A stretch of 29,768 bases of DNA. It comes from Amoeboradix gromovi X-113 (lineage: Eukaryota; Fungi; Sanchytriomycota). Each line of letters starts with the position of its first letter. Position 1 is the first letter of the stretch. The stretch is taken from assembly GCA_018985225.1 (NCBI GenBank), contig JADGIF010000040.1:1-29768 (forward strand). Reading direction: 5' to 3'. Shown piece by piece: positions 20,645-29,732 of this stretch. The notes beneath the pieces were generated by a model, which worked only from the letters and a program-made list of their open reading frames with translations, did not search any database and had not been told where the DNA came from. A program made the position numbers and the translations under genes.

Positions 20645-21134
20645 CTCCTCGTTAAAACTCCTGATTTCCGAGAAAATCTAGAATTTCCACAGAGAAACTA
20701 GCAATGCCAGTAAATCCGTTACAGTGATTGCTCACGCTTTCACTACCCTGAGGCGGGATTAATTATGGATATAAATACTTGTTTATATTCCTTGCTGCCA
20801 TATAATCTCTATTTTTGCTCATGTGGTAAGACCAATGACATGAATTACTAAATAAATGGTTTACGGGTTTATTTATCGTTGATCTCCTTTGAGGATGGGT
20901 TGAAAAACATCTAATTGTTCCATGTTTGGGCCAGTTCCTCAACGCTGATGTATGCTGTAACAATTAGTTCTTCTTTAGATTTGACATATTCAGAATGACA
21001 TCCATTGATTCTATTTACCATTTGCGAAATGAAGAATGTCGAGTATCTAAAGTATTTGAAGAGTCATGTAATTATATAAAGATACATAAAGATTCTCAAT
21101 AAATTATTTATTTTGCAAATCCAACTCCTGCAAT
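20645..21134 (-). mobile_element. Family I copy I4
   Basis: Reads MVNRINGCHSEYVKSKE, then after a frameshift HTSALRNWPKHGTIRCFSTHPQRR (IS607 TnpA MerR-like HTH) fused to RDYMAARNI; right end TTTTAACGAGGAG. Confidence 0.9.
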
Positions 21135-21266
21135 TCAATCGAGCACCAACGTTTCACAGATTTCGTAAATCAATATTTAAGGAATTCCAGCCTCTAGAAA
21201 TCTCTAAACCGGCATCACTTAGCATTGCCGATCTGGATTTCGTATAATCCTAATTCAGGGTAAAAC

Positions 21267-21839
21267 ATGACTTCTGTTTTTAATCGCATATTAAAAGTTC
21301 TAAATACCAAACAGCATTATTACAACAGACTGGGATTGCAAATGCAACACAGCATTGAGCAACCTGTAATCGATTTTCAAAACTTTATTGTCAAAAGCAC
21401 AGATTTGCCGAACTCATTCCAAGTTTGGTACAGCAGCCAAATATTACATCTGTGGATGATACTTCCTCCATTACAAGCCGACCCAAAGCTATGTCAAAAC
21501 CTAATTGATTTAGTTTTTGTAGATGTTGAGGACAGGTTGGCTAAACTGGATATCCCACAAGAGAGGCTGTTAAAGAAGTTGTGGGAACAATGTTTGGGGA
21601 TGAGCAAGTCTTACAACACTGGGTTATCAAGCGACATTAATGCAGATAGAAAGATACTGGATACAAACCTTAGAAATGCGATAATCCGTAATGTTTTACA
21701 ACAACGAGATTATCCGAACATTGCTGACCTTTCTCTTAAATACATAAGAAGCAATCTACAATACACTACGAGCTTAAAAATTAAAGATTGTGAAGGCACT
21801 TTGGAATTTCCATGTAAAATAAAAGATTTAATAAACTAG
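21267..21839 (+). CDS. CBP3: Cbp3/UQCC1 cytochrome bc1 assembly chaperone
   Basis: LPNSFQVWYSSQILHLWM, QNLIDLVFVDVEDRL and LRNAIIRNV. Confidence 0.8.
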   Translation: MTSVFNRILKVLNTKQHYYNRLGLQMQHSIEQPVIDFQNFIVKSTDLPNSFQVWYSSQILHLWMILPPLQADPKLCQNLIDLVFVDVEDRLAKLDIPQERLLKKLWEQCLGMSKSYNTGLSSDINADRKILDTNLRNAIIRNVLQQRDYPNIADLSLKYIRSNLQYTTSLKIKDCEGTLEFPCKIKDLIN

Positions 21840-21973
21840 TGCAATGCAAAGCAATATCAACTCAATTAATATGTAGGCCCAAGAGTAGCTCGAGAAATTT
21901 GTTCTTTAACTTTATATAGCCTTCGGATTCTCCTTTAATTGTACATCGTTTATTGGTACATATTCAGGCTATA

Positions 21974-22861
21974 TTAAATCACAACTACTTCTTCGCCCAT
22001 GTCATTTCTCTTTTTTTCACCTGAATGGAATATCGCCAACCCTACAATTATCACTGCAAATGCAACGCCATAGATGGCAGTCAGTTTCAACCCGAATATG
22101 TACACCCCAGCAAGCAAATTGTAAAAGTCGCTGGTCAATATGCTCAAATTAAACATCGTAGCACTCGATTTTACTATAAGACGAGGAACTAAAGAGTATA
22201 ATAAAAACATGGATATAACGAACACGCTAATACACATACCAAAATGCATGGTAGCATTTGATTCCATTCTAAAATAGCTCAGTTCTTTATATTCAAACGC
22301 CAAAAGAATTAGAGAAAAGACAAAACCGTATCCTCCTATGCCGGTTAAATAGTCCTCAATGGGGCTATTTTTAATTAAATACTCCTGCAATACGTTGGCC
22401 ATAGCATATAGACTAGCACCAACAACACAAAGTATATCGCCAATCCAGCTAGCTTTTCCGTTGTTTTTATTATAATCTATGTACACAATCATCATCGAAC
22501 CACTTACACAGACTAGCATACCTAGATAATTCTTGGATTTGTATTTTGCATTCAAAAAGTACTTGCTCAAGGCCATTACTATAGGAATTGATAGTCTATT
22601 TAGCAACGAAATGCTCAACAAGTCGGTATACTGATATGCTTTTATCAGACAGTAGTTGGCCATCACATCTAGAAATGCTATTAACACATATCTAAAATCT
22701 TGAGGGATGCTTCTATAATATATTAGGTAACAGCACAAGCCGAAATATGTAGCGACCAATTGAAAAGTTGGTAGTTTGTATTGACTTAAAAATTGAGAAG
22801 AAGTAGAACAAAATGTCAACAGGATAGAGATTAATTGCCCAAATAGCACCACATGTATCAT
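21974..22861 (-). CDS. SLC35F1/F2-like (DUF914) DMT-family transporter
   Basis: GQLISIL, DVMANY..KAYQYT, GDILCVVGASLYAMANVLQEY and SATMFNLSILTSDFY. Confidence 0.87.
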   Translation of the reverse strand: MIHVVLFGQLISILLTFCSTSSQFLSQYKLPTFQLVATYFGLCCYLIYYRSIPQDFRYVLIAFLDVMANYCLIKAYQYTDLLSISLLNRLSIPIVMALSKYFLNAKYKSKNYLGMLVCVSGSMMIVYIDYNKNNGKASWIGDILCVVGASLYAMANVLQEYLIKNSPIEDYLTGIGGYGFVFSLILLAFEYKELSYFRMESNATMHFGMCISVFVISMFLLYSLVPRLIVKSSATMFNLSILTSDFYNLLAGVYIFGLKLTAIYGVAFAVIIVGLAIFHSGEKKRNDMGEEVVVI

Positions 22862-22903
22862 CCTGCTTTTCTGATTTCAATTAATTTCCAATCGCATTTT
22901 GGG

Positions 22904-23213
22904 ATTGCAAAAAATTTCTACAGCTTTGATATTTATTAAATATACCATTTTTCATGAGTATATTACAATTTCTTGATAAAAAGTATTTTCCAGATTTTTC
23001 TAATTGTTCAAGTACTCGATATTCGTCGTTTCCTCAAATGACCAATAGAATCAAGTTTGTAATCCCAAATATGCGAAATCTGAAGAAACAACTAAACGGT
23101 AATCCCGCCTCAGGGTAGTGAAAGCGTGAGCAATCGCTATAGCTTAGCGACTAAAATTGCTGGTTTCTCTGGAGACTCTCGATTTCTCGGATATCAGGAT
23201 TTCCAATGAGGAC
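22904..23213 (+). mobile_element. Family I copy I5 (left end joined directly to scaffold, no RuvC remnant)
   Basis: 22990-23095 matches the left arms of I1/I2/I4; 23101-23213 is the scaffold AATCCCGCCTCAGGGTAGTGAAAGCGTGAGCAATC...AATGAGGAC; left boundary approximate. Confidence 0.8.
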
Positions 23214-23375
23214 TAAAGCCTTTATCTTCAGACGCTTGCTTATTTAGATATTTTGGAATACCATTATGTTTAAAACTTGAAGGGAATCAAGAAAGATGAT
23301 AATCTGTATGGTTCTCGTTTCCTTTTTATAGCGATTTAATTCAAATTTATTTGCGCAAAATGCAGCATATTATAC

Positions 23376-24125
23376 CTAAATACATGTATTGTCATCAACC
23401 TCACTAAGGGACGTGCTCTGCTCTTTCTTAAGCATTCTTTGAATTATGGCCACCTGGTCAGGATTTAGTTTAATTTGGTTCATATAATCTTTAGTACCAC
23501 TTAATCCAAAAAAATTAGCCACCACAATTTTAACATCCTCTATTTTAAAATCCTGTATGTGCTCGACTAATTTACGTATTTTTTCAATAAGACAATTTGC
23601 TATGTTATTTATTTTGTCGTCCAAGTCTTTTTTGAGCTGCTGCTGATAATTTGCTTCTTCCTCATCCAGTATTAGTTGCCATTCCTCTGGACTAATACCG
23701 TTTCCTGTAGATGCTACTTCTTTGCGGTGAGCTTCAATTTTGTCTGACAAAAGTTTACCATTTTCATCATAAAAACCTTCATTATACTTAGAAATTAAAC
23801 CGATCTTCTTTAAACCGTCATTAATTGCATTAACATCTTGAATCTCAAATGGTTGCACAAGAGGTTTTTTACCATCATAATATATGCCTTGTTTCCTAGC
23901 TTCATCTTCGGAAGTATAACCATCTAAATAAGCCCGGAATGCATGACCGCCTACGAGATGCGGCTTCTGATGAAACGGATCAGGAACTTGTCCAGATGAT
24001 CTACTAGACATCTGAAGTGGTAGAACAAAACCACTGGTAGTTGCCAATGATGCTAAAATTGCGGCGGTCTTGGCCTTTTTTTTCGTAACTGGAAAACTGA
24101 GCACAAGAGAGTTTAAAAACAACAT
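23376..24125 (-). CDS. Hypothetical, probably secreted protein
   Basis: ORF of ~250 aa; short signal-like start MLFLNSLVLSFP; no recognised domain. Confidence 0.6.
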   Translation of the reverse strand: MLFLNSLVLSFPVTKKKAKTAAILASLATTSGFVLPLQMSSRSSGQVPDPFHQKPHLVGGHAFRAYLDGYTSEDEARKQGIYYDGKKPLVQPFEIQDVNAINDGLKKIGLISKYNEGFYDENGKLLSDKIEAHRKEVASTGNGISPEEWQLILDEEEANYQQQLKKDLDDKINNIANCLIEKIRKLVEHIQDFKIEDVKIVVANFFGLSGTKDYMNQIKLNPDQVAIIQRMLKKEQSTSLSEVDDNTCI

Positions 24126-24320
24126 TTGTAATTTCAAATATGGGACACTTTATTTGAAAAGCTGCATCACCTGAGTCTAAACCTGCCAATTAAAAGTGAG
24201 AAATATTACATCATTTTAGTCACCAAATACTCCTAGAAATCCGAGTTACACATTCCACTCATGAAAATCAATCAGCAAAAAGAACTCGTAAAAATGAGCT
24301 CATTAAAAAAGAAAGAGAAT

Positions 24321-24857
24321 TTATTGGTTGCCATTAGGTTTTTTAAAACCAGGTAGCATGTCTTTGATAGAGGTGTAATCCATTGGTGTTCTCGCCACGT
24401 ATGTTATCCTCCCATCCTTTTCTGCTCTTGGCTCAAACGCGTAATCTAACAGACTCATATACTTTTCCTTCTGTTCCTCAGTCATTCTAATGTCCGGGAT
24501 AGCATCATGTATTTCCTGTTGTTCAGTAGCCATGCCAACTGGTTGGACACTTTTTTTACTATTTCCTCCGAATACTTCTTTAAACTCTCTATTTACAGAT
24601 GCCTCGGTTAAAAAGGGACTGCTATTATCTTCTTGGAGTTGAACACTTGTACTTAAAATTTTGTGTAAATTAGGATTAATAGGTACTTCCGGATCCTCAG
24701 CGCTTGGAACTCTTTTGCTCTCTACGTCGAAAAGCGGCTTTTGGAAGTTGTAATTGCCGTAAAGTGGATGTACACTTTTAAAACCAATTGCAGATGTTAC
24801 TGTAGGCAGATTCCATGGGACTGGAATGGCGCTAATAAAAGACCATAAAAGTAACAT
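24321..24857 (-). CDS. Hypothetical, probably secreted protein
   Basis: 178 aa; signal-like start MLLLWSFISAIPV. Confidence 0.6.
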   Translation of the reverse strand: MLLLWSFISAIPVPWNLPTVTSAIGFKSVHPLYGNYNFQKPLFDVESKRVPSAEDPEVPINPNLHKILSTSVQLQEDNSSPFLTEASVNREFKEVFGGNSKKSVQPVGMATEQQEIHDAIPDIRMTEEQKEKYMSLLDYAFEPRAEKDGRITYVARTPMDYTSIKDMLPGFKKPNGNQ

Positions 24858-25404
24858 TTTTAGCTTTTGAAGTATTTCTCTTTTAATAGTTCACCTGACA
24901 CCAGAATTTCAGCATTGCCAATCATATCGATTGCGAATTACGTAACTTGATCAGGCAGTCCCCAATCAGGTGTAGTGATCTAAGATAAGTGCGATTCGGG
25001 GATTTATAAAAGAAGTTCATCGAGTAAACATCATTACTTCTGAGCTGCTCTGACGTAGTTGCAATTTGAAAAGTAATTAACGAGAATCTCCTTGCTGACT
25101 ACACAATCCATAGCGAAACACATGTTTAAAGATCAAACCTCAGAATTCCTAGTTGAGATAGACCTGCCGCTCTGGATTGATAACACATTAGTTTTCCAAA
25201 CTAATCGTGACCCACACGATGCGTTTACGTATTCAGACTGCTCACATTTAGAAGCTTTGGTGGAAAACACCAAAAAATCACTTCCTGCAGCTGAGAACAA
25301 CAAGCATTTCGATAAACTAGCACAATTAAGATTGATATCAGCTAGCAATATGTGCAGTAAATGCTGCAAAGTCTTAAAATTAAGTTTTAATATTCCAGTT
25401 TCTA

Positions 25405-25771
25405 CAGATGGGACATCAAATATAAAAACTAGACCAACTTTCTGAGACAGTTTGAATCATTATTTCAAGTGTGTATTAAGCAGTAGTAAATTAAATCACA
25501 TTAATCTGAGTGGTTCAAGTAAATTATTTTAGTAAAGAAGCTTTTCATCCATCAAAATCTTAGAAACAGTGATTAATAAGAAGAGAAAACAAAAAATAAG
25601 TTATACGAAGAAAAAGAAAATGGAACAGATAAGACACTCAAAGACCTTATTTGAAAGAGGTGAATAACATTAATGAAAGAAGTACTTTTATTAATAATAG
25701 TATTTCCTCCTTATGGAGCACCTCCTTTAAAAACGGCTTGGTCTAGTTTTTATACTTTGGTGTCCCATTTA
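25405..25771 (+). mobile_element. Family T copy T4 (367 bp) with TA on both sides
   Basis: TA|CAGATGGGACATCAAATATAAAAACTAGACCAA ... TTGGTCTAGTTTTTATACTTTGGTGTCCCATTTA|TA. Confidence 0.88.
25700..25771 (+). ncRNA. Candidate Family T omegaRNA scaffold
   Basis: Conserved in all 4 T copies; hairpins CTCC-N4-GGAG and TAAAAAC-N11-GTTTTTA; CACC complementary to the subterminal GGTG. Expression not shown. Confidence 0.4.
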
Positions 25772-25797
25772 TATACCGCGCAATTTATCTCTCCGTG

Positions 25798-26565
25798 ATG
25801 CAGAAAATTAAAATTGCAGTCGGTCAAATTTGTAGCAAAGCAAAAGTAACCAAAAATTTACAGGTTATCAACAGTCTTGTCAGGCAGGCATCTGAGGAAG
25901 ACTGCAAAATGATATTTCTACCAGAGAGTAGTGATTTTATGGAACAGTTATATGATGAATACAAAGACGCGTCAAAGGAGATACAGCAAATGGCCCAGGA
26001 AAATAATATTTGGATGAGTATTGGAATACACTCATTGACTTACAACATAACCAAATACAGAAATCGACAGCTGATAATAAACAATAGAGGCATTGTTGTT
26101 GATTATTATGACAAAGTGCACTTGTTTGAGCTACTTAAGGAAGGCGACAGATTCGAGGCTGGGGATCTACTTAAAGTAGTCGACAGTCCTCTAGGACCCA
26201 TAGGATTAGGAATATGCTACGACTTACGCTTTCCAGAGTTTAGTTGGAAATTAAGAGAAATGGGTGCCAATGTATTAACGTATCCAAGTGCATTTACGGT
26301 GGAAACTGGGATTCATTTTGAACCACTAGTGGTGGCTAGAGCAATAGAGACTCAGTGCTATGTAGTGGCGGCTTGTCAATATGGAAGACATACCGAGAAA
26401 AGAAGTACATTTGGAAATAGCTTAATAGTAGATCCGTACGGTAAGATATTGGCAAAAGGAACCAAAGAGCCTGAATTATTAACAGCTGAAATAGATTTGG
26501 ACTATTTAAATGAAGTAAGATACAAAATGCCTGTTCTTAACCATAAAAGACGTGACTTATACTAA
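25798..26565 (+). CDS. Nitrilase-family amidase (Nit1-type deaminated glutathione amidase)
   Basis: Catalytic triad contexts IFLPE, YDKVHLF and [10 protein letters not shown]; also YPSAFT and [13 protein letters not shown]. Confidence 0.9.
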   Translation: MQKIKIAVGQICSKAKVTKNLQVINSLVRQASEEDCKMIFLPESSDFMEQLYDEYKDASKEIQQMAQENNIWMSIGIHSLTYNITKYRNRQLIINNRGIVVDYYDKVHLFELLKEGDRFEAGDLLKVVDSPLGPIGLGICYDLRFPEFSWKLREMGANVLTYPSAFTVETGIHFEPLVVARAIETQCYVVAACQYGRHTEKRSTFGNSLIVDPYGKILAKGTKEPELLTAEIDLDYLNEVRYKMPVLNHKRRDLY

Positions 26566-26575
26566 GCCACCACGA

Positions 26576-28293
26576 ATGGGACTCTTTAAAATATTTAAAA
26601 ATAATAAATCATCTACCACTGATATTACTGAAGATTTTAAGTCGCCAAAAGCTGTCAAAGACGAGGAGCTCCCAGCAGCTGTTACTAAGACCGCGAACTC
26701 CACTGGAAAATCAGAAAGCTTGGGTATATTTGGATGCAGGGTATTAGAAGCTAAGAATTTGTACATTCCTCCAGGAGTGCTAGATAAAATAGCATTAGAT
26801 CAAAGAGATAAAAAATTAAAACTTGGAAATATGGAGTTTGTATACTATAACCCGTATGTTGTTATACAATATGATAAGAATGAAATAACAATGTACTCTA
26901 GCAGTGGCAAAATGGATGCGCCTAATTGGAAAGCAAAAGTAGCATTCGATTTTACGAGAGAAGCAGAACTTATATTGAATGTTTACCAGAAGACTGTTGA
27001 CGAGGAACAAGATCGTAAATTGTTTGAAGCGATAGAACAGCAGGCGGCAAAGGGTAGAGACAGAAAGAAGTCCGTTCAGCTCGTTGAAAAACATTTTGAA
27101 CAACAGGATATTCTAATTGGATCTGTAATTATTCCAATTCCTACTGTGTATGAAAAAACAGTTGATTTGTGGTTAGCTATACATCCTCCTGTTCCATTGC
27201 CTGCAGGAAGATCGCCTGGACAAATACATTTACAACTAAGCTTGACAAAACCACAAGACAAACCAATAACAATGGAAGACTTTGAACTAATGAAGGTAAT
27301 AGGTAAAGGAAGCTTTGGTAAGGTAATGCAAGTGAAAAAGAAAGATACCGGTCGAGTGTATGCCATGAAAATTATCAAAAAGTCTCATATTGTTGAAACA
27401 GATGAAGTCGAGCACACGTTAGCAGAAAGACAGGTCCTAGCTAAGATAAATAACCCATTTATTGTTTCGCTGAAATTTTCATTTCAATCCCCTGAGAAGT
27501 TATACTTTTGCCTTGATTTTGTGAACGGCGGTGAGTTATTTCACCATCTGCAGAACGAAGGTCGGTTTGGAGAGGTCCGATCCAAGTTTTATGCTGCTGA
27601 ACTTGTACTAGCTTTGGAATGTCTACACAAGTTTAATATAATTTGTATTTTCAAAATAATTTAGATCGCGATCTTAAACCAGAGAACATATTGCTGGACG
27701 GAACAGGGCATATTGCATTATGCGACTTTGGACTTTGTAAAATTAATGTATCAGGGCAGGAAAAAACGTCCACTTTTTGCGGAACCCCAGAATATTTAGC
27801 ACCAGAAGTCCTACAAGGAAAAGGATATACTAAAGCGATAGACTGGTGGACGTTGGGCATATTGTTGTACGAGATGATAACTGGTTTACCCCCATTTTAT
27901 GATGAAAATGTGCAAACAATGTACAAAAAGATCATGTTGGATCAACTTGTTTTTCCAAGTTATATGTCACCGTTATCAGTTCAAATACTACAGGGCATAA
28001 TTGAGAGAGATCCTTTAAAGAGATTTAATGAGCAACAAATAAAGAACCATGAGTTCTTTAAAGAAATTGATTTCGCAAAACTTTACAAGAAGCAGATAAT
28101 TCCTCCATTTAAACCTAGAATACAAGCTGCTGGAGACACTAGCAATTTCGATGAGGTATTTACTAATGAACTACCTAAAGATTCTTACGAGGAAGCCAGG
28201 TTATCTGACTCAATACAGAAACAATTTGTTGGATTTACTTTTGTTCCTGGAAGCGAACTTCAAACATACACGCAAAAATCGCAACTGCAGTAA
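26576..28293 (+). CDS. YPK1: AGC kinase Ypk1/Gad8 with C2-like domain; join(26576..27644,27665..28293)
   Basis: [31 protein letters not shown] after splicing, [21 protein letters not shown] and hydrophobic motif FVGFTF. Confidence 0.9.
27645..27664 (+). other. 20-nt spliceosomal intron GTATTTTCAAAATAATTTAG
   Basis: Removal restores the kinase catalytic loop IIYRDLKPEN exactly. Confidence 0.93.
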
Positions 28294-28354
28294 ATAAATG
28301 AGTTAACAGCAATTTGATTAGATCAATTTTGCCTTTTTCTTGAAATTAATTTTG

Positions 28355-28729
28355 ATGCAGTTCTCCTCTGAAAGTGAAGATGATATGCAAGCAGTTGTTG
28401 GAACCACTATATTTAGAAAAGAAGTGAACATTGAAAAAGAACTAAAAGCAGCGCAGGTTCCAAAACCAATCCTAAGCAAAGCAGTAGCTCCAAAAGAGCA
28501 GCGTGCCCATTACTTGATTGAAGCTGCAAACAGGAGGGCGCAAGATAAAGCCCACATAATGGCTGATCAGTTGAGCAAAACCAGAGAAGATGATACACCG
28601 GTGCAACTTTACAGAAAACCCGAACCGGCTCCCGTTACGAAGAAACGCAACACAAGTACCAGGGATGAAGCAATACAATCATACAAGGCGAGGTCCAAGA
28701 AGCGACAGAAGCTTCAAGATGTCTTGTGA
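28355..28729 (+). CDS. Small charged protein, weakly reminiscent of NSRP1/CCDC55
   Basis: MQFSSESEDD start; LIEAANRR and AIQSYKAR segments; identity uncertain. Confidence 0.45.
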   Translation: MQFSSESEDDMQAVVGTTIFRKEVNIEKELKAAQVPKPILSKAVAPKEQRAHYLIEAANRRAQDKAHIMADQLSKTREDDTPVQLYRKPEPAPVTKKRNTSTRDEAIQSYKARSKKRQKLQDVL

Positions 28730-28955
28730 TTATTATGAAATATGGCTTAAAAAGTTAGTGTCATTTTAACATAATTTCTGCTCTTTTTAACCTATGCTAA
28801 TCCATGGCTAGGAATAGTTAGGCTCTAGTATCTTTAACTTGTTCTTTCATGAAATGACATAATAAATGCTATTCATTTATACAAGTTTGCTATTACGTAG
28901 GAGTTGTGAAGAAACTCAATTTATAGTTTATAATACTTAGTGTCCTCCCCCAAAC

Positions 28956-29396
28956 ATGTCTGTCAAAAGAATTCAAGTGGAATTAAAGAATTTAATGGAG
29001 AACCCAATAAAAGGAGTACATATCATACCTAATGAAGATGACGTTCTATCATGGATTGTAAAGATAACAGGACCTGCGGGCACCCCGTATGAAAAAGGCA
29101 CGTTTTCAATCAATATAGTTTTTACTTCGGATTTCCCGTTTAAACCACCTAAAATATTATTTAAAACGAAGATATATCATCCTAATTTTGATAGTGATGG
29201 CAATATTTGCCTAAGTTTGTTAAATAATTGGAAACCTGCCTCCAGAATAAGTGTACTAATCACTGCTATTTTACAGCTGCTGTTAGAACCAAATCTCGAG
29301 GACCCGATAGCAACCGAGCCAGCGGAGCTCTACAGAACTAACAAAGATGAGTTTATTAAGAATGCCAAAGATTTTACCAAAAAATACGCGAAATAG
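28956..29396 (+). CDS. Ubiquitin-conjugating enzyme E2, Ubc4/5-like
   Basis: GPAGTPYEKGTF, FPFKPPK, FKTKIYHPN, GNICL (active-site Cys) and WKPA. Confidence 0.92.
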   Translation: MSVKRIQVELKNLMENPIKGVHIIPNEDDVLSWIVKITGPAGTPYEKGTFSINIVFTSDFPFKPPKILFKTKIYHPNFDSDGNICLSLLNNWKPASRISVLITAILQLLLEPNLEDPIATEPAELYRTNKDEFIKNAKDFTKKYAK

Positions 29397-29415
29397 TAAA
29401 TCTGTTTATTATCAT

Positions 29416-29530
29416 CTCCTCGTTAAAAGTCCTAATTTCCGAGAAAATCGAGAAGTTCCACAGAGAAACTAGCAATGCTAGATCTCCGTTACAGTGATTG
29501 CTCACGCTTTCACTACCCTGAGGCGGGATT
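29416..29530 (-). ncRNA. Candidate Family I omegaRNA (reRNA) scaffold; equivalents at 628-742, 6868-6980, 16387-16471, 20645-20760 and 23101-23213
   Basis: Lies between RuvC-III and the element end; best-conserved part of all copies; several hairpins; loop CCTC is complementary to the terminal GAGG. Confidence 0.6.
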
Positions 29531-29680
29531 GAATAAGGATGCAGATACTTGATGTATATGTTCCTTGCAGCCATATGATCTCTATCTATTTCCAAATGAC
29601 ATTTTGTACAGGTTCAGGTTTCTAAATTAGTTTTCTTTAAAGTACCATACCTCGTACATGGCATCGAATTTGTTCCTTGG
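29416..29680 (-). mobile_element. Family I copy I6
   Basis: Minus strand reads NSMPCTRYGTLKKTNLET*TCTKCHLEIDRDHMAARNIYIKY, then the scaffold and right end TTTTAACGAGGAG. Confidence 0.9.
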
Positions 29681-29732
29681 TGCCATGTGGCCCATGTCCA
29701 CTTCGAAATGACACTATGTACATGAATAGCTC

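Noticed and set aside
21180-21240. Hairpin CGGCA-N11-TGCCG as an ncRNA
   Set aside because: Single short stem with no snRNA or tRNA signature and no second copy.
25092-25445. Overlapping ORFs 25092-25445 and 25133-25369
   Set aside because: No recognisable motif; the plus-strand ORF runs into the T4 TIR.
27643-27664. Programmed frameshift or two separate kinase genes
   Set aside because: A GT-AG intron restores YRDLKPEN exactly.
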